DNA of 64,000 nt from an uncultured Candidatus Saccharibacteria bacterium (GCA_964493145.1 CAZBMV010000001.1:169812-233811), one strand, 5' to 3'; shown: positions 39,222 to 50,566, counted from the first letter of the stretch. Notes: generated by a model not told the origin, from the letters alone. Numbers and translations: made by a program.

Positions 39222-39635
39222 CTACTTGCGTCCCTTTTTGCGACTTCTGAAATCAGCCCAGCGGGCTTTTTGGGAGGAGTGCGGAACGTAGAGATCCACG
39301 TCGTCTTCCGATTGCTCCTCATGCAGTATGTGCAAATCGTGCTCTCCGTCGTGTGCGAAGGTGAGTATGTTTGACGTGTTGTACACGGCAACGTCACCAC
39401 CTTCGTCCTCCATCGTTTCTCCACTCTCTTCTTCATCACCGTTTGCCATAGTGGCCTTCAGTGGTCCAAGGTGGTCTTCCTGAAGGAAGTCCAACTTGTC
39501 AATGTGAAGCGGGTCCCTGATGACCTGATCCGCGGGGACGTACTCGCCGCTATCGCGGTCAATGAGCATGCCACCGCAATCCAGACACCCCCACGCCATC
39601 CCCTCTTCCAGCACCGTTTCAGTTCCTGCTGTCAT
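39222..39635 (-). CDS. Hypothetical acidic protein with CxxC
   Basis: SD GGAGG; WGCLDCGG. Confidence 0.5.
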   Translation of the reverse strand: MTAGTETVLEEGMAWGCLDCGGMLIDRDSGEYVPADQVIRDPLHIDKLDFLQEDHLGPLKATMANGDEEESGETMEDEGGDVAVYNTSNILTFAHDGEHDLHILHEEQSEDDVDLYVPHSSQKARWADFRSRKKGRK

Positions 39636-39778
39636 GGTGTGACCTCCTCTATGATTTAGGTTGAAGAACAAACGAAATGCTACCGATGAGTATGGCATCT
39701 CCTGAGAATGATTTCAACTGCTGTCGTTGAAAAGAAAACACCCCGATGCCGTTGGCATCGGGGTGTTTTCGTTAAAAT

Positions 39779-40123
39779 TTATCCGACTTTTGAGAGGAAA
39801 CGTGCGAATGCCTCGGGACGCTCATCGGCAATGAGCGAGAGCATCTTGCGGTTGAGAAGAATGTTCTTCGTCTTGAGGTCCTTCATGAATACGCTGTACT
39901 TGAGACCTGCCGCTTTGAGACCTGCATTAAGACGGGTCGTCCAAAGTCTGCGGAAGTCATTCTTTTTGTCCTTGCGGTGTGCAAAAGAGTGAAGTTGCGC
40001 GTGGTGAATTGCCTCAATCGCTTGCTTCTTTTTCTTTGAGCGACCGAAACGGTACCCCTTTACCTGTGAGAGTATCTTACGACGGCGTTTCATTGCCATC
40101 ACTCCTCCTTTTACTCGTGCCAT
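39779..40123 (-). CDS. rplT: 50S ribosomal protein L20
   Basis: MARVK, KKNDFRRLW and LNRKMLS motifs. Confidence 0.97.
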   Translation of the reverse strand: MARVKGGVMAMKRRRKILSQVKGYRFGRSKKKKQAIEAIHHAQLHSFAHRKDKKNDFRRLWTTRLNAGLKAAGLKYSVFMKDLKTKNILLNRKMLSLIADERPEAFARFLSKVG

Positions 40124-40186
40124 AAAATAATCTTAAATGTTAAATTCTGAAACCAGAATGTGAATGTTAAATACTAAGACCAGAAT
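40124..40186 (-). repeat. Leader element upstream of rplT, nearly identical to the fusA leader
   Basis: Minus strand reads ATTCTGGTCTTAGTATTTAACATTCACATTCTGGTTTCAGAATTTAACATTTAAGATT. Confidence 0.85.
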
Positions 40187-40211
40187 GAATGTAATGAATA
40201 CAAAGTGAAAT

Positions 40212-40400
40212 TTATGCATTCAAGAGAAAACGGTTCTTGTTGCGTGACGTTGTGCTGAGCACCTGTGTGCGACGACGTTCCTGGCGGGTACGACCGGACT
40301 GCTTCGCATTGAAGTGGTTTCGTCCCGGTTTGCGCGCAATGAGCTTGCCGTTCTTGGTCACCTTGATGCGCTTAGTGTAAGACTTATTTGTTTTAATCAT
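40212..40400 (-). CDS. rpmI: 50S ribosomal protein L35
   Basis: KTNKSYTKRIKVTKNGK...HFNAK; position between infC and rplT. Confidence 0.92.
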   Translation of the reverse strand: MIKTNKSYTKRIKVTKNGKLIARKPGRNHFNAKQSGRTRQERRRTQVLSTTSRNKNRFLLNA

Positions 40401-40423
40401 AATTGTGTGTAAATGACTGTCGC

Positions 40424-40960
40424 TCAGCCTCCTTTCTTTCCGGATACTCGCTCCAGTGTTGTACTAAAACCCTTTGGACTCCTCTTTATTTCGTCGGCTA
40501 TTTTATACTCTGCGGGTATTATTTTCAAGAACCGTTCAAGTCGTTCTTTAAGGAATGACTCCTCCATGCCCTTGTAGCGTCCCCAGAGAAAGAGGTCAAC
40601 CTTCACCCGATGACCTTCCGTGAGCCATTCGGCGGCACGTTTCGCTTTCAGGTTTAGGTCGTGGTCGCCCGTACCGATCTTCACCTGAACGCTTTTGGTC
40701 TCGGTGACGTGTGATTTTGCTTTTATTTCCTTCGCCTTTTTGTTGATTTCGTACTGGTACTTTCCGTAATCCATTATCTTCGCAACGGGGGGCTGTGCCG
40801 TTGGAGAGATTTCAATGAGGTCAAGATTCGCTTCTTCCGCTAACTTTAGCGCATCTGCGGTAGGGAGAACACCAAGATTCTCGCCCTCTGCGCCAATGAC
40901 TCGGAGCTCTTTTGCTCGTATTGATCGGTTGATACGTACGTTGTCGTCTTTCAAGGTTAT
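40424..40960 (-). CDS. infC: Translation initiation factor IF-3 (non-AUG start: ATA at 40960 or TTG at 40954)
   Basis: RINRSIRAKE, LDLIEISP..PPVAKIMDYGKY and HDL..K motifs. Confidence 0.93.
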   Translation of the reverse strand: MTLKDDNVRINRSIRAKELRVIGAEGENLGVLPTADALKLAEEANLDLIEISPTAQPPVAKIMDYGKYQYEINKKAKEIKAKSHVTETKSVQVKIGTGDHDLNLKAKRAAEWLTEGHRVKVDLFLWGRYKGMEESFLKERLERFLKIIPAEYKIADEIKRSPKGFSTTLERVSGKKGG

Positions 40961-41095
40961 AGAAACTATGCAAAAAGAGAGCAACGACAACGTCGTTAAC
41001 CCTCTCGGATACCGAAAATGTACCACATGTGATGGAAAAGAGCAATAAACCACAGGTTCTCGCAATGCATGACGGGAATGGTATACTATGTGCAC

Positions 41096-41494
41096 ATGAC
41101 ACGACGAAAGGTGACAGGAGAACAATCGGAAAGGCGCGGGAACCCGTTCATGTTTGCGGGTGGTGTTGTTGGTGCCGGCATTGTGGTCATGGGACTCGCC
41201 ATTCTCATCGGAAAATCCGACAGTGGGCAAATCAATGTCGCCGCGACGATACAGGAATCAAACCAGGCGCAATCGGAAAGTGGTGGTGAACAGGTGAGCT
41301 CAGTACCTCAAGCCTTTCAAAATATGCCGAACGGAGGTCTCGTACCTCAAGAGAATCAGGTGAACACACCTCCGGCGCCTGAACCGAGTGAGGCAACCGT
41401 AATTGACGACACGGCGAGCACGACACAAACTGAAGGAGATGATGTCGTTGGACAGGAAACAGAAACCTCCGAAACGGAATCAACTGATTTGTAA
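41096..41494 (+). CDS. Hypothetical single-TM protein with an acidic tail
   Basis: TM helix followed by GKSDSGQINV and a low-complexity tail. Confidence 0.6.
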   Translation: MTRRKVTGEQSERRGNPFMFAGGVVGAGIVVMGLAILIGKSDSGQINVAATIQESNQAQSESGGEQVSSVPQAFQNMPNGGLVPQENQVNTPPAPEPSEATVIDDTASTTQTEGDDVVGQETETSETESTDL

Positions 41495-41561
41495 AACGAG
41501 ACGAGTAGCTCCGTGGATTTCTAACGCATGTATTTGTGCTCGTGCGGTATAATGCAGTTAA

Positions 41562-43922
41562 ATGCACACGCACATTGAAACATTTCTTCGCGCGGCGAAC
41601 TATCTTTCCGCAATACAAATCTATCTCAAGGACAATTTTTTTCTTGAGAAACCACTCCGACCCGAACACATAAAGGAGCGTCTCCTCGGACACTGGGGAA
41701 CGTGTCCGGGTATCAATTTCGTATACGCGCACCTCAATAGACTTATTAAAGCGCACGATGCCAACATGATGCTCGTCGTTGGTCCCGGGCACGGGTTCCC
41801 CGCCATTCAGGCAAATCTCTTTCTTGAAGGTACGCTCACGAAGTACTACAAGGATGTTCCCCGTAATGCAAAAGGACTCGCGTACATGGCGAAGCAGTTC
41901 AGTTGGCCGTACGGTTTCCCCTCGCACAGTAATCCCGGTGCCCCTGGGGTCATCCTTGAGGGTGGGGAACTCGGATACGCACTCTCTACGTCGTATGGTG
42001 CTGTTCTTGATAATCCAGACCTTATCGTCACCGCACTCATTGGAGACGGGGAAGCGGAGACCGGACCAACAGCAACTGCATGGCACGTAAACAAACTCAT
42101 TGATCCCGCAAAGAATGGTGCGGTGCTCCCCATTCTCCACCTCAACGGGTACAAAATTTCCGGTCCGACCATCATGGGACGTATGACTGATGAAGATCTC
42201 GTGAGTCTCTTTCGTGGGTACGGGTACGAGCCGTACATTGTTGACGCGTACGTAGAGGCAGACATTCATGAAAAAATGATTACGACGCTTGATGCAACAC
42301 TTGAACGCATCAGATCTATACAGCGTGACGCACGAGAAGGAACGGGTGATTCATACCCGCGGTTCCCCATGATCATCCTCCGTACTCCCAAGGGGTGGGG
42401 GAGTATCAAGGAACTTCACGGCCGTCGCATAGAAGACAACTGCCTGTCGCACCAGGTTATCGCCGACATGGCGCGAACGGATGCGGAAGAACTCGTCGCG
42501 CTTGAGGCGTGGCTCCGCTCGTACGCGTTCAATGAGATTTTTGATGGAAAGAAATTTCATGATGAGGTGGAGGCGCTCATTCCAGCGGAGCACCGCCGTC
42601 TCGGTTCAAATCCGCACAGTTTTGGCGGAGCGCCACACTACAAACCGCTCGTCATTCCGAATGTCAACGACTACACGAACAAGGGCACCTGTCGTCCTGA
42701 AGGAGGGAACTGCGGTGAGGAGAGTAGTATGAATGCCGTCGCACAATTCCTCCGCGATACACTGAAGGTAAACGAGGGTACACGAAACATTCGCGTCTTC
42801 TCTCCCGATGAGACCTACTCAAACAAACTGGATCCGATTTTTGAGGTGACGAAGCGCTCATTCATGCTCTCGCGCATGGAGTGGGACCGTGACATGGGAC
42901 GCGACGGGCGGGTGATTGAGATGCTCTCCGAGCACACGCTTCAAGGGCTCATGCAGGGGTACGTGCTCACGGGGCGCCACGCAGTGTTCGCTTCGTACGA
43001 AGCATTCATGCAAATTGTTGCGAGCATGGCCGACCAGTACGCGAAGTTTCTCTCAATCGCGCGTACCATACCGTGGCGCGGTGACGTTCCCTCACTCAAC
43101 TACATCCTCACCTCGGGTGCGTGGCGACAGGAGCACAACGGATTTTCTCACCAGAACCCAGGCTTCATTGATGACATGCTCCAGCGCCAAGGGCACTTCG
43201 TGAACGTTTACTTTCCCTCTGACATGAACACCGCACTCAAGGTCATGGAGCGCTCCCTCAGTTCAAAAAACGAGATGAATATCATGGTGCTTGAGAAGCG
43301 ACCCGTCCCGTGCTGGCGAACGCTCGCCGAGGCGGAGAAAGACGTCGCTGATGGAATTTCCATTTGGGACTTTGTGAGTGACAATGACCCGCACATCGTC
43401 TTCAGCGCCGCAGGAGACTACCTCACCAAAGAGACGCTCGCCGCCATTACCATTGTGCGCGAGGAGATTAAAACGATGCGTATGCGTTTCGTGAATATCG
43501 TGTCACTCTCCGCGTACGGTCTCGGGAGTACGACGTCAAACATCGCCGCACGCGACATAGACTACTACTTCACGAAGGATCGACACGTGGTCATCAACTT
43601 CCACGGGTACCCGCAAACCATCAAGCAGGTGCTCTTTGACTACGGGTGCGATGCGTCGCGGTTTACCATTCACGGGTACGAGGAGCAGGGCTCAACGACG
43701 ACGCCATTTGACATGTTCGTCCGCAACAAAACCGACCGATACCACCTCGCTATGGAAGCGTTTGCGGTTGCGGAAAACGAGGGGCTCATCACCGTAAAGG
43801 AAAAAGAGAGACTCACCGCCAAGTACACCGAAATGCTCGTGAAGCATCGCATGCACGTTGCCGAAAACGGCACCGACCCGCAGGGGATAACAGATTGGAA
43901 ATGGACACCACGCTCATCGTAA
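41562..43922 (+). CDS. xfp: Phosphoketolase
   Basis: GHWGTCPG, EGGELGY, GDGEAETG and HNGFSHQNPG motifs. Confidence 0.97.
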   Translation: MHTHIETFLRAANYLSAIQIYLKDNFFLEKPLRPEHIKERLLGHWGTCPGINFVYAHLNRLIKAHDANMMLVVGPGHGFPAIQANLFLEGTLTKYYKDVPRNAKGLAYMAKQFSWPYGFPSHSNPGAPGVILEGGELGYALSTSYGAVLDNPDLIVTALIGDGEAETGPTATAWHVNKLIDPAKNGAVLPILHLNGYKISGPTIMGRMTDEDLVSLFRGYGYEPYIVDAYVEADIHEKMITTLDATLERIRSIQRDAREGTGDSYPRFPMIILRTPKGWGSIKELHGRRIEDNCLSHQVIADMARTDAEELVALEAWLRSYAFNEIFDGKKFHDEVEALIPAEHRRLGSNPHSFGGAPHYKPLVIPNVNDYTNKGTCRPEGGNCGEESSMNAVAQFLRDTLKVNEGTRNIRVFSPDETYSNKLDPIFEVTKRSFMLSRMEWDRDMGRDGRVIEMLSEHTLQGLMQGYVLTGRHAVFASYEAFMQIVASMADQYAKFLSIARTIPWRGDVPSLNYILTSGAWRQEHNGFSHQNPGFIDDMLQRQGHFVNVYFPSDMNTALKVMERSLSSKNEMNIMVLEKRPVPCWRTLAEAEKDVADGISIWDFVSDNDPHIVFSAAGDYLTKETLAAITIVREEIKTMRMRFVNIVSLSAYGLGSTTSNIAARDIDYYFTKDRHVVINFHGYPQTIKQVLFDYGCDASRFTIHGYEEQGSTTTPFDMFVRNKTDRYHLAMEAFAVAENEGLITVKEKERLTAKYTEMLVKHRMHVAENGTDPQGITDWKWTPRSS

Positions 43923-45067
43923 ATCCGGGGAGTTCTTCAAAAAAGTACGCACTTTACAAAGGTGGTACCGAGATTTTTTCCGTGCTCTTTGAAAAGACGG
44001 AAAATGGGTTCGCGCAGTGTGTTGAGGTGAACAATGTGCGCCAAGCGTGTGAGGGGGTTACGGCTGGAAAATACGACGACGCACTCGTGTTTGCATTGGA
44101 GCAAGCACGTACGCTCGGTGTACTTGATAGTTACGCACGCATACAGCGTGTCGGAATGCGCATTGTTGCCCCGGGGACTTTTTTTACCGTACACCGCACC
44201 ATTGATACTGCGTACGTACGCAACTTGACCGCCCTTCGTGATGCGGCACCACTCCACATTCCGCACCAACTTTCCGAACTCACCCTACTGCGTAACATAC
44301 TTCCACACGCACGTGCGGTTGGTGTCTCTGATAGCGCTTTTCATGCAACAATGCCACCCCACGCACGCAGGTACAGTCTCCCAAAAAAAGATGCTGAAGC
44401 GTACGACCTCTACCGGTTTGGATACCACGGGCTCTCGCTCTCATCGGTGGTGAGGCAGTTGGGGGGTGAAATGGGGAGAGTGCCCGAACGAATCATTGTG
44501 TGTCACATAGGGAGTGGGGTGAGTGTTACCGCCATTAAAGACGGACGGAGCATTGATACAACTATGGGCTTTGCGCCAACGAGTGGACTCATGATGGGCG
44601 CACGTGCCGGCGAGGTAGACCCATCAGCGTTTACGTACCTCTTCAGGCGACAGGGGAATGACATGGATCGTACCGAACGGGCGGTGAGCGAAGATGGAGG
44701 TATCAAAGGGATGCTCGGGAGTGGGGACCTCCGCATTGCACTGGACAGAGCTTCGCGTGGCGACCATGAAGCGGTGGTTGCCGTCAACATGTTCGTTCAT
44801 GGGATCAGGAAGGCGATTGGCGCTATGTCTGCCGTTTTGGGTGGAATGGATATGCTCGTTCTCACCGGCACTGCTCCCGAACGAAATCCATATGTTCGTG
44901 CGCTCGTTACCACTGACCTCGCGTTTCTTGGGATAACGATTGATGAGGAAAAAAATGAAAAACTCGGTGAACGAGCGGGAATTTTCAGTGACTTCACGGG
45001 TGTTACTGCGCGTGTCATTCACACGGATGAGCAGTATGAGATTGCGGCAATCGCCACCGTGCTTTAG
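43901..45067 (+). CDS. ackA: Acetate kinase
   Basis: NPGSSSKK, APLH, RFGYHGLS, HIGSG and DTTMGF motifs. Confidence 0.93.
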   Translation: MDTTLIVNPGSSSKKYALYKGGTEIFSVLFEKTENGFAQCVEVNNVRQACEGVTAGKYDDALVFALEQARTLGVLDSYARIQRVGMRIVAPGTFFTVHRTIDTAYVRNLTALRDAAPLHIPHQLSELTLLRNILPHARAVGVSDSAFHATMPPHARRYSLPKKDAEAYDLYRFGYHGLSLSSVVRQLGGEMGRVPERIIVCHIGSGVSVTAIKDGRSIDTTMGFAPTSGLMMGARAGEVDPSAFTYLFRRQGNDMDRTERAVSEDGGIKGMLGSGDLRIALDRASRGDHEAVVAVNMFVHGIRKAIGAMSAVLGGMDMLVLTGTAPERNPYVRALVTTDLAFLGITIDEEKNEKLGERAGIFSDFTGVTARVIHTDEQYEIAAIATVL

Positions 45068-45199
45068 GATTCATTTTAAACCCCATCTACTGTGTTGCAT
45101 TCGTTGTTCAAACACTTGTCGTATATTGAATACGCCTCGTGTTCTCGCTCCTCCGCGCCTCGCATCTTGGGTTTTGAAATGAGTTCTAGAGAGAACGTT

Positions 45200-45598
45200 T
45201 TAGTTTTTTGCACAAGGTACACACCTGCACCCACGCTTGTTGATGTGCTCGTCAAAGTACTCTTTGCCGTAGTCGTAGGTCACCTCGTCTCCAGGCATGA
45301 TTGTCCGCTTCGCAAAAATGCGGATTTTTTCTTCCTCTTCATCAGTTTCGGCTTCCGCGTTCGGCCGACAGGAGTGGTTGATGTACCGTGCGAGATTTTC
45401 TCTCCCACGACCATCAATGACAGTAGCGTCCGAGAGAATGAAGAGGTATTTCCCCCCGCGCACATCCGCCTCATCGTGCGTAATGTGCTCACCGGTGTAC
45501 TCAATGATAAAGTCACCGCGTACAAATTTCTTGCGCGCAAAGAGTCCGAGACCGGCACTGCTCCGCTTCACCTCAACCGCTACTCCGTTGTATTTCAT
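45200..45598 (-). CDS. SET-domain protein methyltransferase
   Basis: GLGLFA, EYTGE, RYINHSCRPN, EVTYDYG and post-SET CRC..C motifs. Confidence 0.92.
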   Translation of the reverse strand: MKYNGVAVEVKRSSAGLGLFARKKFVRGDFIIEYTGEHITHDEADVRGGKYLFILSDATVIDGRGRENLARYINHSCRPNAEAETDEEEEKIRIFAKRTIMPGDEVTYDYGKEYFDEHINKRGCRCVPCAKN

Positions 45599-45691
45599 AC
45601 GCGAGAGTATAGCAAAAACTTTTTGTTCTGTACGAAGGAAATGCATTGCACTGTGTAGAAAGTGACGGTTACTCTGATATTATGAGTGTGT

Positions 45692-46981
45692 ATGCAGACG
45701 CACACATATAGTACGTCGGGGACGTTCCCCGCAATCGGTACGGGTATAATTCTCCTCGTCGTGTTTGCGGTAGTTCTGAATAGTGGTTGGATTTCGTACG
45801 ACCGCATGCGTGAAGCGTTCATTGTTGCAACTCTCCTCACCATCGCACTCCTTGCTCTCGTCGTGCGCTTTTTTTTCACGACGCGCGAGTATACGCACCA
45901 AGTTGCGCAGAGTATTGCGAAAGAAATGTTCACACACTCTCAGGAACTATCCACCGAAATGTACCGAAACAGTCCGGTGCCCTACATCATCATAGATGAG
46001 AGGGGTAACATTGAATCAGCCAACCTTGCCGCGGTGCGCCTTTTTAATGTGACATTGGATGCGCTCAATGGACTTGATTTGTTCCACTTCATTGAATCTG
46101 AAAACGAGCGAACGATGGAACTTATTCCCGAATACTACAAAAAGGGGCGCGTGGTAAACGATGTTGAAGTACACGTTCGTCGTCCGGACGGCGTATCACG
46201 TTGGGCAACGCTCTCACTCTTTCCGTTCAAGGATAATCATAGGCAACGTAAGGGGCTTCTCACACTCGTTGATATCACGAAGCAGAAAATGGTTGATAAG
46301 GCAAAAACGGAGTTTGTCTCGCTCGCATCTCACCAACTCAGAACGCCGATTTCCGCGATGCGTTGGAACATTGAACTCCTCATGACCGCTACGGGCGCCG
46401 AACTCACCGAAACGCAACGTTCGTACGTTGAGAAAGTGAGCGGGGGGCTCAAGCGGATGGATGCGCTCGTTGAAGATTTTCTCAGTGCGTCAAAACTTGA
46501 ACTTGGAACGCTCGTTGCGCAAAAGAAAGAATTTGATCTCGCTGAGTTTTTTGCGAGCGTCCTTGAGGAGTACACGGTCACCGCTGAGAAACGAAACATT
46601 CGTATTGTCACCAATTGGAACACCGTTCAGGGGATGTACCTATCAGACGCGCACCTCCTCAACATGGCGGTGAGCAACATTCTCGGTAACGCCATAAAGT
46701 ACACAAAGGAAGGTGGTGAGGTGCGTGCAATCGCAGAGTACACCGAAAAGGGGTTCATTATTCAAATTTCCGACACTGGTATCGGTATTCCCGAAGATGA
46801 GCAGGATATGATTTTCTCAAAACTTTTTCGCGCCTCAAACGCTCAGACGAAAGAAACAGACGGTACGGGTTTGGGATTATACATCGTGAGAGAGGCGATA
46901 CGTATCCTCGGTGGAAATGTCACGTTTACCTCACAAACGGGCGTAGGGACGACATTCACCATAGCGTTGCCAGCCGTGTGA
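45692..46981 (+). CDS. PAS-domain sensor histidine kinase
   Basis: SHQLRTP, NAIKYT, DTGIGIP and GTGLGL motifs. Confidence 0.95.
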   Translation: MQTHTYSTSGTFPAIGTGIILLVVFAVVLNSGWISYDRMREAFIVATLLTIALLALVVRFFFTTREYTHQVAQSIAKEMFTHSQELSTEMYRNSPVPYIIIDERGNIESANLAAVRLFNVTLDALNGLDLFHFIESENERTMELIPEYYKKGRVVNDVEVHVRRPDGVSRWATLSLFPFKDNHRQRKGLLTLVDITKQKMVDKAKTEFVSLASHQLRTPISAMRWNIELLMTATGAELTETQRSYVEKVSGGLKRMDALVEDFLSASKLELGTLVAQKKEFDLAEFFASVLEEYTVTAEKRNIRIVTNWNTVQGMYLSDAHLLNMAVSNILGNAIKYTKEGGEVRAIAEYTEKGFIIQISDTGIGIPEDEQDMIFSKLFRASNAQTKETDGTGLGLYIVREAIRILGGNVTFTSQTGVGTTFTIALPAV

Positions 46982-47016
46982 TTTAGCGTATGCTTATACA
47001 AAACTAAAATATCACC

Positions 47017-47394
47017 ATGAACACCACACCAAAAAAAGTCCTCGTTGTTGAAGATGAACCGGATTTGCGAGAAGCGTTAAAGACGATTCTCACACAAGAA
47101 GGGTACGAGGTCGCTGTCGCAGAAAACGGTGAAGAAGGGCTCGCACGAGCACTTGAAACGAAGCCGAACCTCATTCTCCTTGACGTCGTAATGCCGAAAA
47201 TGGATGGACTCACCGTTCTCAAAACATTACGCGAAGATGAGTGGGGGAAAAAGGCAAAGGTCATCGTCATGACCGCACTTGATGACATGGAAAAAGTTGC
47301 CGAAGTGGTTGAGGCAGGAGGCAATGGCTACTTCGTGAAATCACAGACACCGCTCAATGTCATCGTGAGTAAGGTAAGGGAAACGCTCGCGTAG
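47017..47394 (+). CDS. Single-domain response regulator
   Basis: LVVEDE, LLDVVMPKMDG, MTA and K motifs. Confidence 0.93.
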   Translation: MNTTPKKVLVVEDEPDLREALKTILTQEGYEVAVAENGEEGLARALETKPNLILLDVVMPKMDGLTVLKTLREDEWGKKAKVIVMTALDDMEKVAEVVEAGGNGYFVKSQTPLNVIVSKVRETLA

Positions 47395-47446
47395 GAGGCG
47401 ATAAAGACAACACAAAACCCGCGCAAGGCGGGTGTGTGTTGTTTTG

Positions 47447-47840
47447 TGGAGGTGCGGAGATTTGAACTCCGGTCCGAGAGTGGCCGTACGTACGAATCTA
47501 CAGTGCGTAGTTCTCCTTTACATTTAGACCGTGAATCGTAAAGGTGAACGAACATATTCACAGTCGAGTTTCCAAGAAATTCCGCACACTACGGAAACGA
47601 GGTAGTGTGCCACAGTCTGATGTTTATTTCACTACGACAACCGTATCAGACGTAGGGTTGTGTAGCGTCGCGCGAGCGAGCGTATAGTTACGCTACAGCT
47701 GGTGCGAATCCGAACGCGTGAGCGTAAGGACTTGGTACGCTATTCTTTGCACGTACTAGTGAATGAATTTTAAGGAAGTTCCATTCAACTTCCGCACTGC
47801 ACGTACCGTGCGGGGCAAACCGTCTAAGCCTGTCACCCCC
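47447..47840 (-). ncRNA. ssrA: tmRNA; predicted tag AKNSVPSPYAHAFGFAPAVA*
   Basis: 5' GGGGGUG and 3' CACCUCC-A acceptor stem with G3-U; T-arm CGGAG-UUCAAAU-CUCCG; adjacent to smpB. Confidence 0.92.
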
Positions 47841-47889
47841 GACATTCCATGTACAAAAAATTGTGTACATGAGATGTCGGGAAGGACAG

Positions 47890-48333
47890 TTACCGGTGCT
47901 TCATTTCGCGCTCAATGTCGCGCTTCACATCACGTGCCTTGATACTCTGACGTTTGTCCGCCTTTTTTTTACCGCGCGCAATCGCAATCTGGAGCTTTAA
48001 TTTTGAACCTTTATTATACCACTTAATAGGGACTATTGTCAATCCTTGCCGCTCGCTCTTCTGCTCAAGTTCCCGAATCTCTTTTTGTGTGAGGAGGAGT
48101 TTTCGTGTACGCTCCGGGTCGTACTCTCTTGCATTCGCCTTTTGGTACGCGGGGATAGACGCACCGGTGAGGAACGCCTCATTACCGCGAATGATGACGT
48201 GCGCACCATCAAGTTTCCCCTGTCCGCTACGGAGAGACTTCACCTCGGTACCAAGGAGAGATACGCCCGCATCGTACGTTTCAAGGATTTCAAAATTGAG
48301 AGTCGCTTTTTTATGTCGCGCAAGTTCCGCCAT
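47890..48333 (-). CDS. smpB: SsrA-binding protein
   Basis: AGVSLLGTEVKSLR, RTRKLLL and GKKKADKR motifs. Confidence 0.96.
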   Translation of the reverse strand: MAELARHKKATLNFEILETYDAGVSLLGTEVKSLRSGQGKLDGAHVIIRGNEAFLTGASIPAYQKANAREYDPERTRKLLLTQKEIRELEQKSERQGLTIVPIKWYNKGSKLKLQIAIARGKKKADKRQSIKARDVKRDIEREMKHR

Positions 48334-48407
48334 AAAAAATACTATAGCACGAAACAGCGGTCCGCTATCTCTCGCAAACATCGTCGTTTTATGTATAATG
48401 CTCGGGT

Positions 48408-50477
48408 ATGTCAACACCACACGAAGAGCCAAAAAATACAGAGCACCAGGGTGCCCCCGAAGGTGGGAATCAAGGAAAGCGTGGAAAGCAAAAGAAGCGT
48501 ACGCCACACCTCAAAATGCCGGAGAAGTTGCCTGTGGGCCCCGGAAATTTTTGGAACAACATTCTCTCTACGGTACTCTTTCTCATTGCGCTCTCGTTCC
48601 TGTACTCGTACGCAACCGACACGACGGGGAAGCCGGAAGAGTACTCCATCTCGCAAATTGCCGAGCAGGTGAAGCGCGAAGAGGTGCGTGAAATTGTCGT
48701 GAAGGGGACGACGCTTGAGGTGTACTACAACGACGAAACGCGTACGCAGGGGATTTCAAAAAAGGAAAACGACGCGGCGATTACCGAGACACTCACAAAC
48801 CTCGGCGTGACCGTTGATCAGGTGTCTCGCGTTGCCATTAACGTACAGAATGAGACCGGGTTCAAGTACTGGCTCTCAAACCTTGCACCGTTTCTCTTCC
48901 CACTCATTCTCCTCGGGTTCATTATCTGGTTCTTCACGCGCTCGGTGCGCGGTGCGGGGATGCAGGCACTCAACTTCGGTTCTTCAAAGGCGCGAATTAT
49001 TGATCCGAACGACCAGACGCAGAAGGTGACCTTTAAGGACGTGGCGGGAGCAAAGGAGGCGAAGCAGGAACTTGAAGAAATCGTTGACTTCCTCAAGAAT
49101 CCGAAAAAGTTCTTGGACATCGGTGCGCAGATTCCGAAGGGGGTCATGATGATGGGGGCTCCTGGGACAGGGAAGACACTCCTCGCGCGCGCTGTTGCCG
49201 GAGAGGCGGGAGTGCCATTCTTCTCAATCTCCGGTTCGGAATTTGTTGAAATGTTTGTCGGCGTCGGTGCGTCTCGTGTACGAGACCTTTTCCAGATGGC
49301 GAAGAAGGCCGCCCCCGCAATTATCTTCGTTGATGAGATTGACGCGGTCGGACGTGTGCGCGGTACGGGTGTCGGTGGCGGTAATGATGAGCGTGAGCAG
49401 ACTCTCAACCAGATTCTCGTTGAAATGGACGGATTTGAGCCAAATGAAAAGGTGGTCGTCATGGCGGCGACGAACCGTCCCGACGTGCTTGATCCAGCCC
49501 TCCTTCGCCCCGGACGATTTGATAGACGTGTCACCATTGACCTCCCCGACAGGAACGACCGCAAGGAAATTCTTGAGGTGCACGCGCGAAAGAAGCCACT
49601 TCAGGAAGACGTGAATCTGGATATCATTGCACAGCGCACGCCGGGGTTCTCCGGAGCCGACCTCTACTCACTTATGAACGAGGGAGCAATTCTCGCCGCA
49701 CGTGAGGACAGGAAGAAGGTTGGGCAGTTTGACCTCATCCGTTCCATTGAGAAGGTAATGCTCGGCCCGGAACGTAAGAGCCACGTACTCTCAAGACGTG
49801 AGCGTGAGATAACTGCGTACCACGAAGCGGGTCACGCGCTCGTCGCATCGGTTCTCCCGTACGCAGACCCCGTGCAGAAGATTTCCATCATCTCACGTGG
49901 TCGCGCGGCAGGGTATACACTCAAACTCCCCGATGAGGATAGACGCATGCAGTCGCGAAAGGAATTCTTTGACGACATCGCGATGACACTCGGCGGGTAC
50001 GTAACGGAAGAAATGATTTTTGATGACCTCACCACCGGTCCGTCAAACGACCTTCAGGTTATTGCAAATCTCGCGCGCGACATGGTGACGAAGTACGGCA
50101 TGAGCGAAAAGTTTGGCCCTGTGGCTCTTGAGGGAACGGGTGGACGACTCATCGGTGGTGGTCTCTCCGAAGACCGTGGCTACTCACTTGAGGTTGCAAA
50201 GCAGATTGATGACGAGGTACGCCACATCGTAGATACCGCAAAGGAACGCGCACGTGAGATTCTCACGAAGCATCGCAAAGCGCTTGATGCCGTCGCACAC
50301 CGCCTCCTTGAGGTGGAAACACTTGAACGGGAAGAGTACGAAGCGATACTCAAGGTGCAGGGAGTGGAGATAGAGGACGCGTACAAGGAGATGCGTGAGA
50401 AAGAGGAACGCATTGGCGACCCTTCAAAATCACTTGAACTTGATGGAGGAAACATCGCCGTTGACGGAGGGAAGTAA
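48408..50477 (+). CDS. ftsH: ATP-dependent zinc metalloprotease FtsH
   Basis: [21 protein letters not shown] and HEAGH motifs. Confidence 0.98.
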   Translation: MSTPHEEPKNTEHQGAPEGGNQGKRGKQKKRTPHLKMPEKLPVGPGNFWNNILSTVLFLIALSFLYSYATDTTGKPEEYSISQIAEQVKREEVREIVVKGTTLEVYYNDETRTQGISKKENDAAITETLTNLGVTVDQVSRVAINVQNETGFKYWLSNLAPFLFPLILLGFIIWFFTRSVRGAGMQALNFGSSKARIIDPNDQTQKVTFKDVAGAKEAKQELEEIVDFLKNPKKFLDIGAQIPKGVMMMGAPGTGKTLLARAVAGEAGVPFFSISGSEFVEMFVGVGASRVRDLFQMAKKAAPAIIFVDEIDAVGRVRGTGVGGGNDEREQTLNQILVEMDGFEPNEKVVVMAATNRPDVLDPALLRPGRFDRRVTIDLPDRNDRKEILEVHARKKPLQEDVNLDIIAQRTPGFSGADLYSLMNEGAILAAREDRKKVGQFDLIRSIEKVMLGPERKSHVLSRREREITAYHEAGHALVASVLPYADPVQKISIISRGRAAGYTLKLPDEDRRMQSRKEFFDDIAMTLGGYVTEEMIFDDLTTGPSNDLQVIANLARDMVTKYGMSEKFGPVALEGTGGRLIGGGLSEDRGYSLEVAKQIDDEVRHIVDTAKERAREILTKHRKALDAVAHRLLEVETLEREEYEAILKVQGVEIEDAYKEMREKEERIGDPSKSLELDGGNIAVDGGK

Positions 50478-50566
50478 CGAAATACAAAAGAAGAAAACCG
50501 CGTGGCCTCGGCCACGCGGTTTTTATAAAAAAAGACCACCGATGCGGTGGTCTTAAAAAGGGAATT

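Noticed and set aside
47688-47870. 60-aa ORF on the minus strand
   Set aside because: It lies within tmRNA; its C-terminal part is the proteolysis-tag reading frame.
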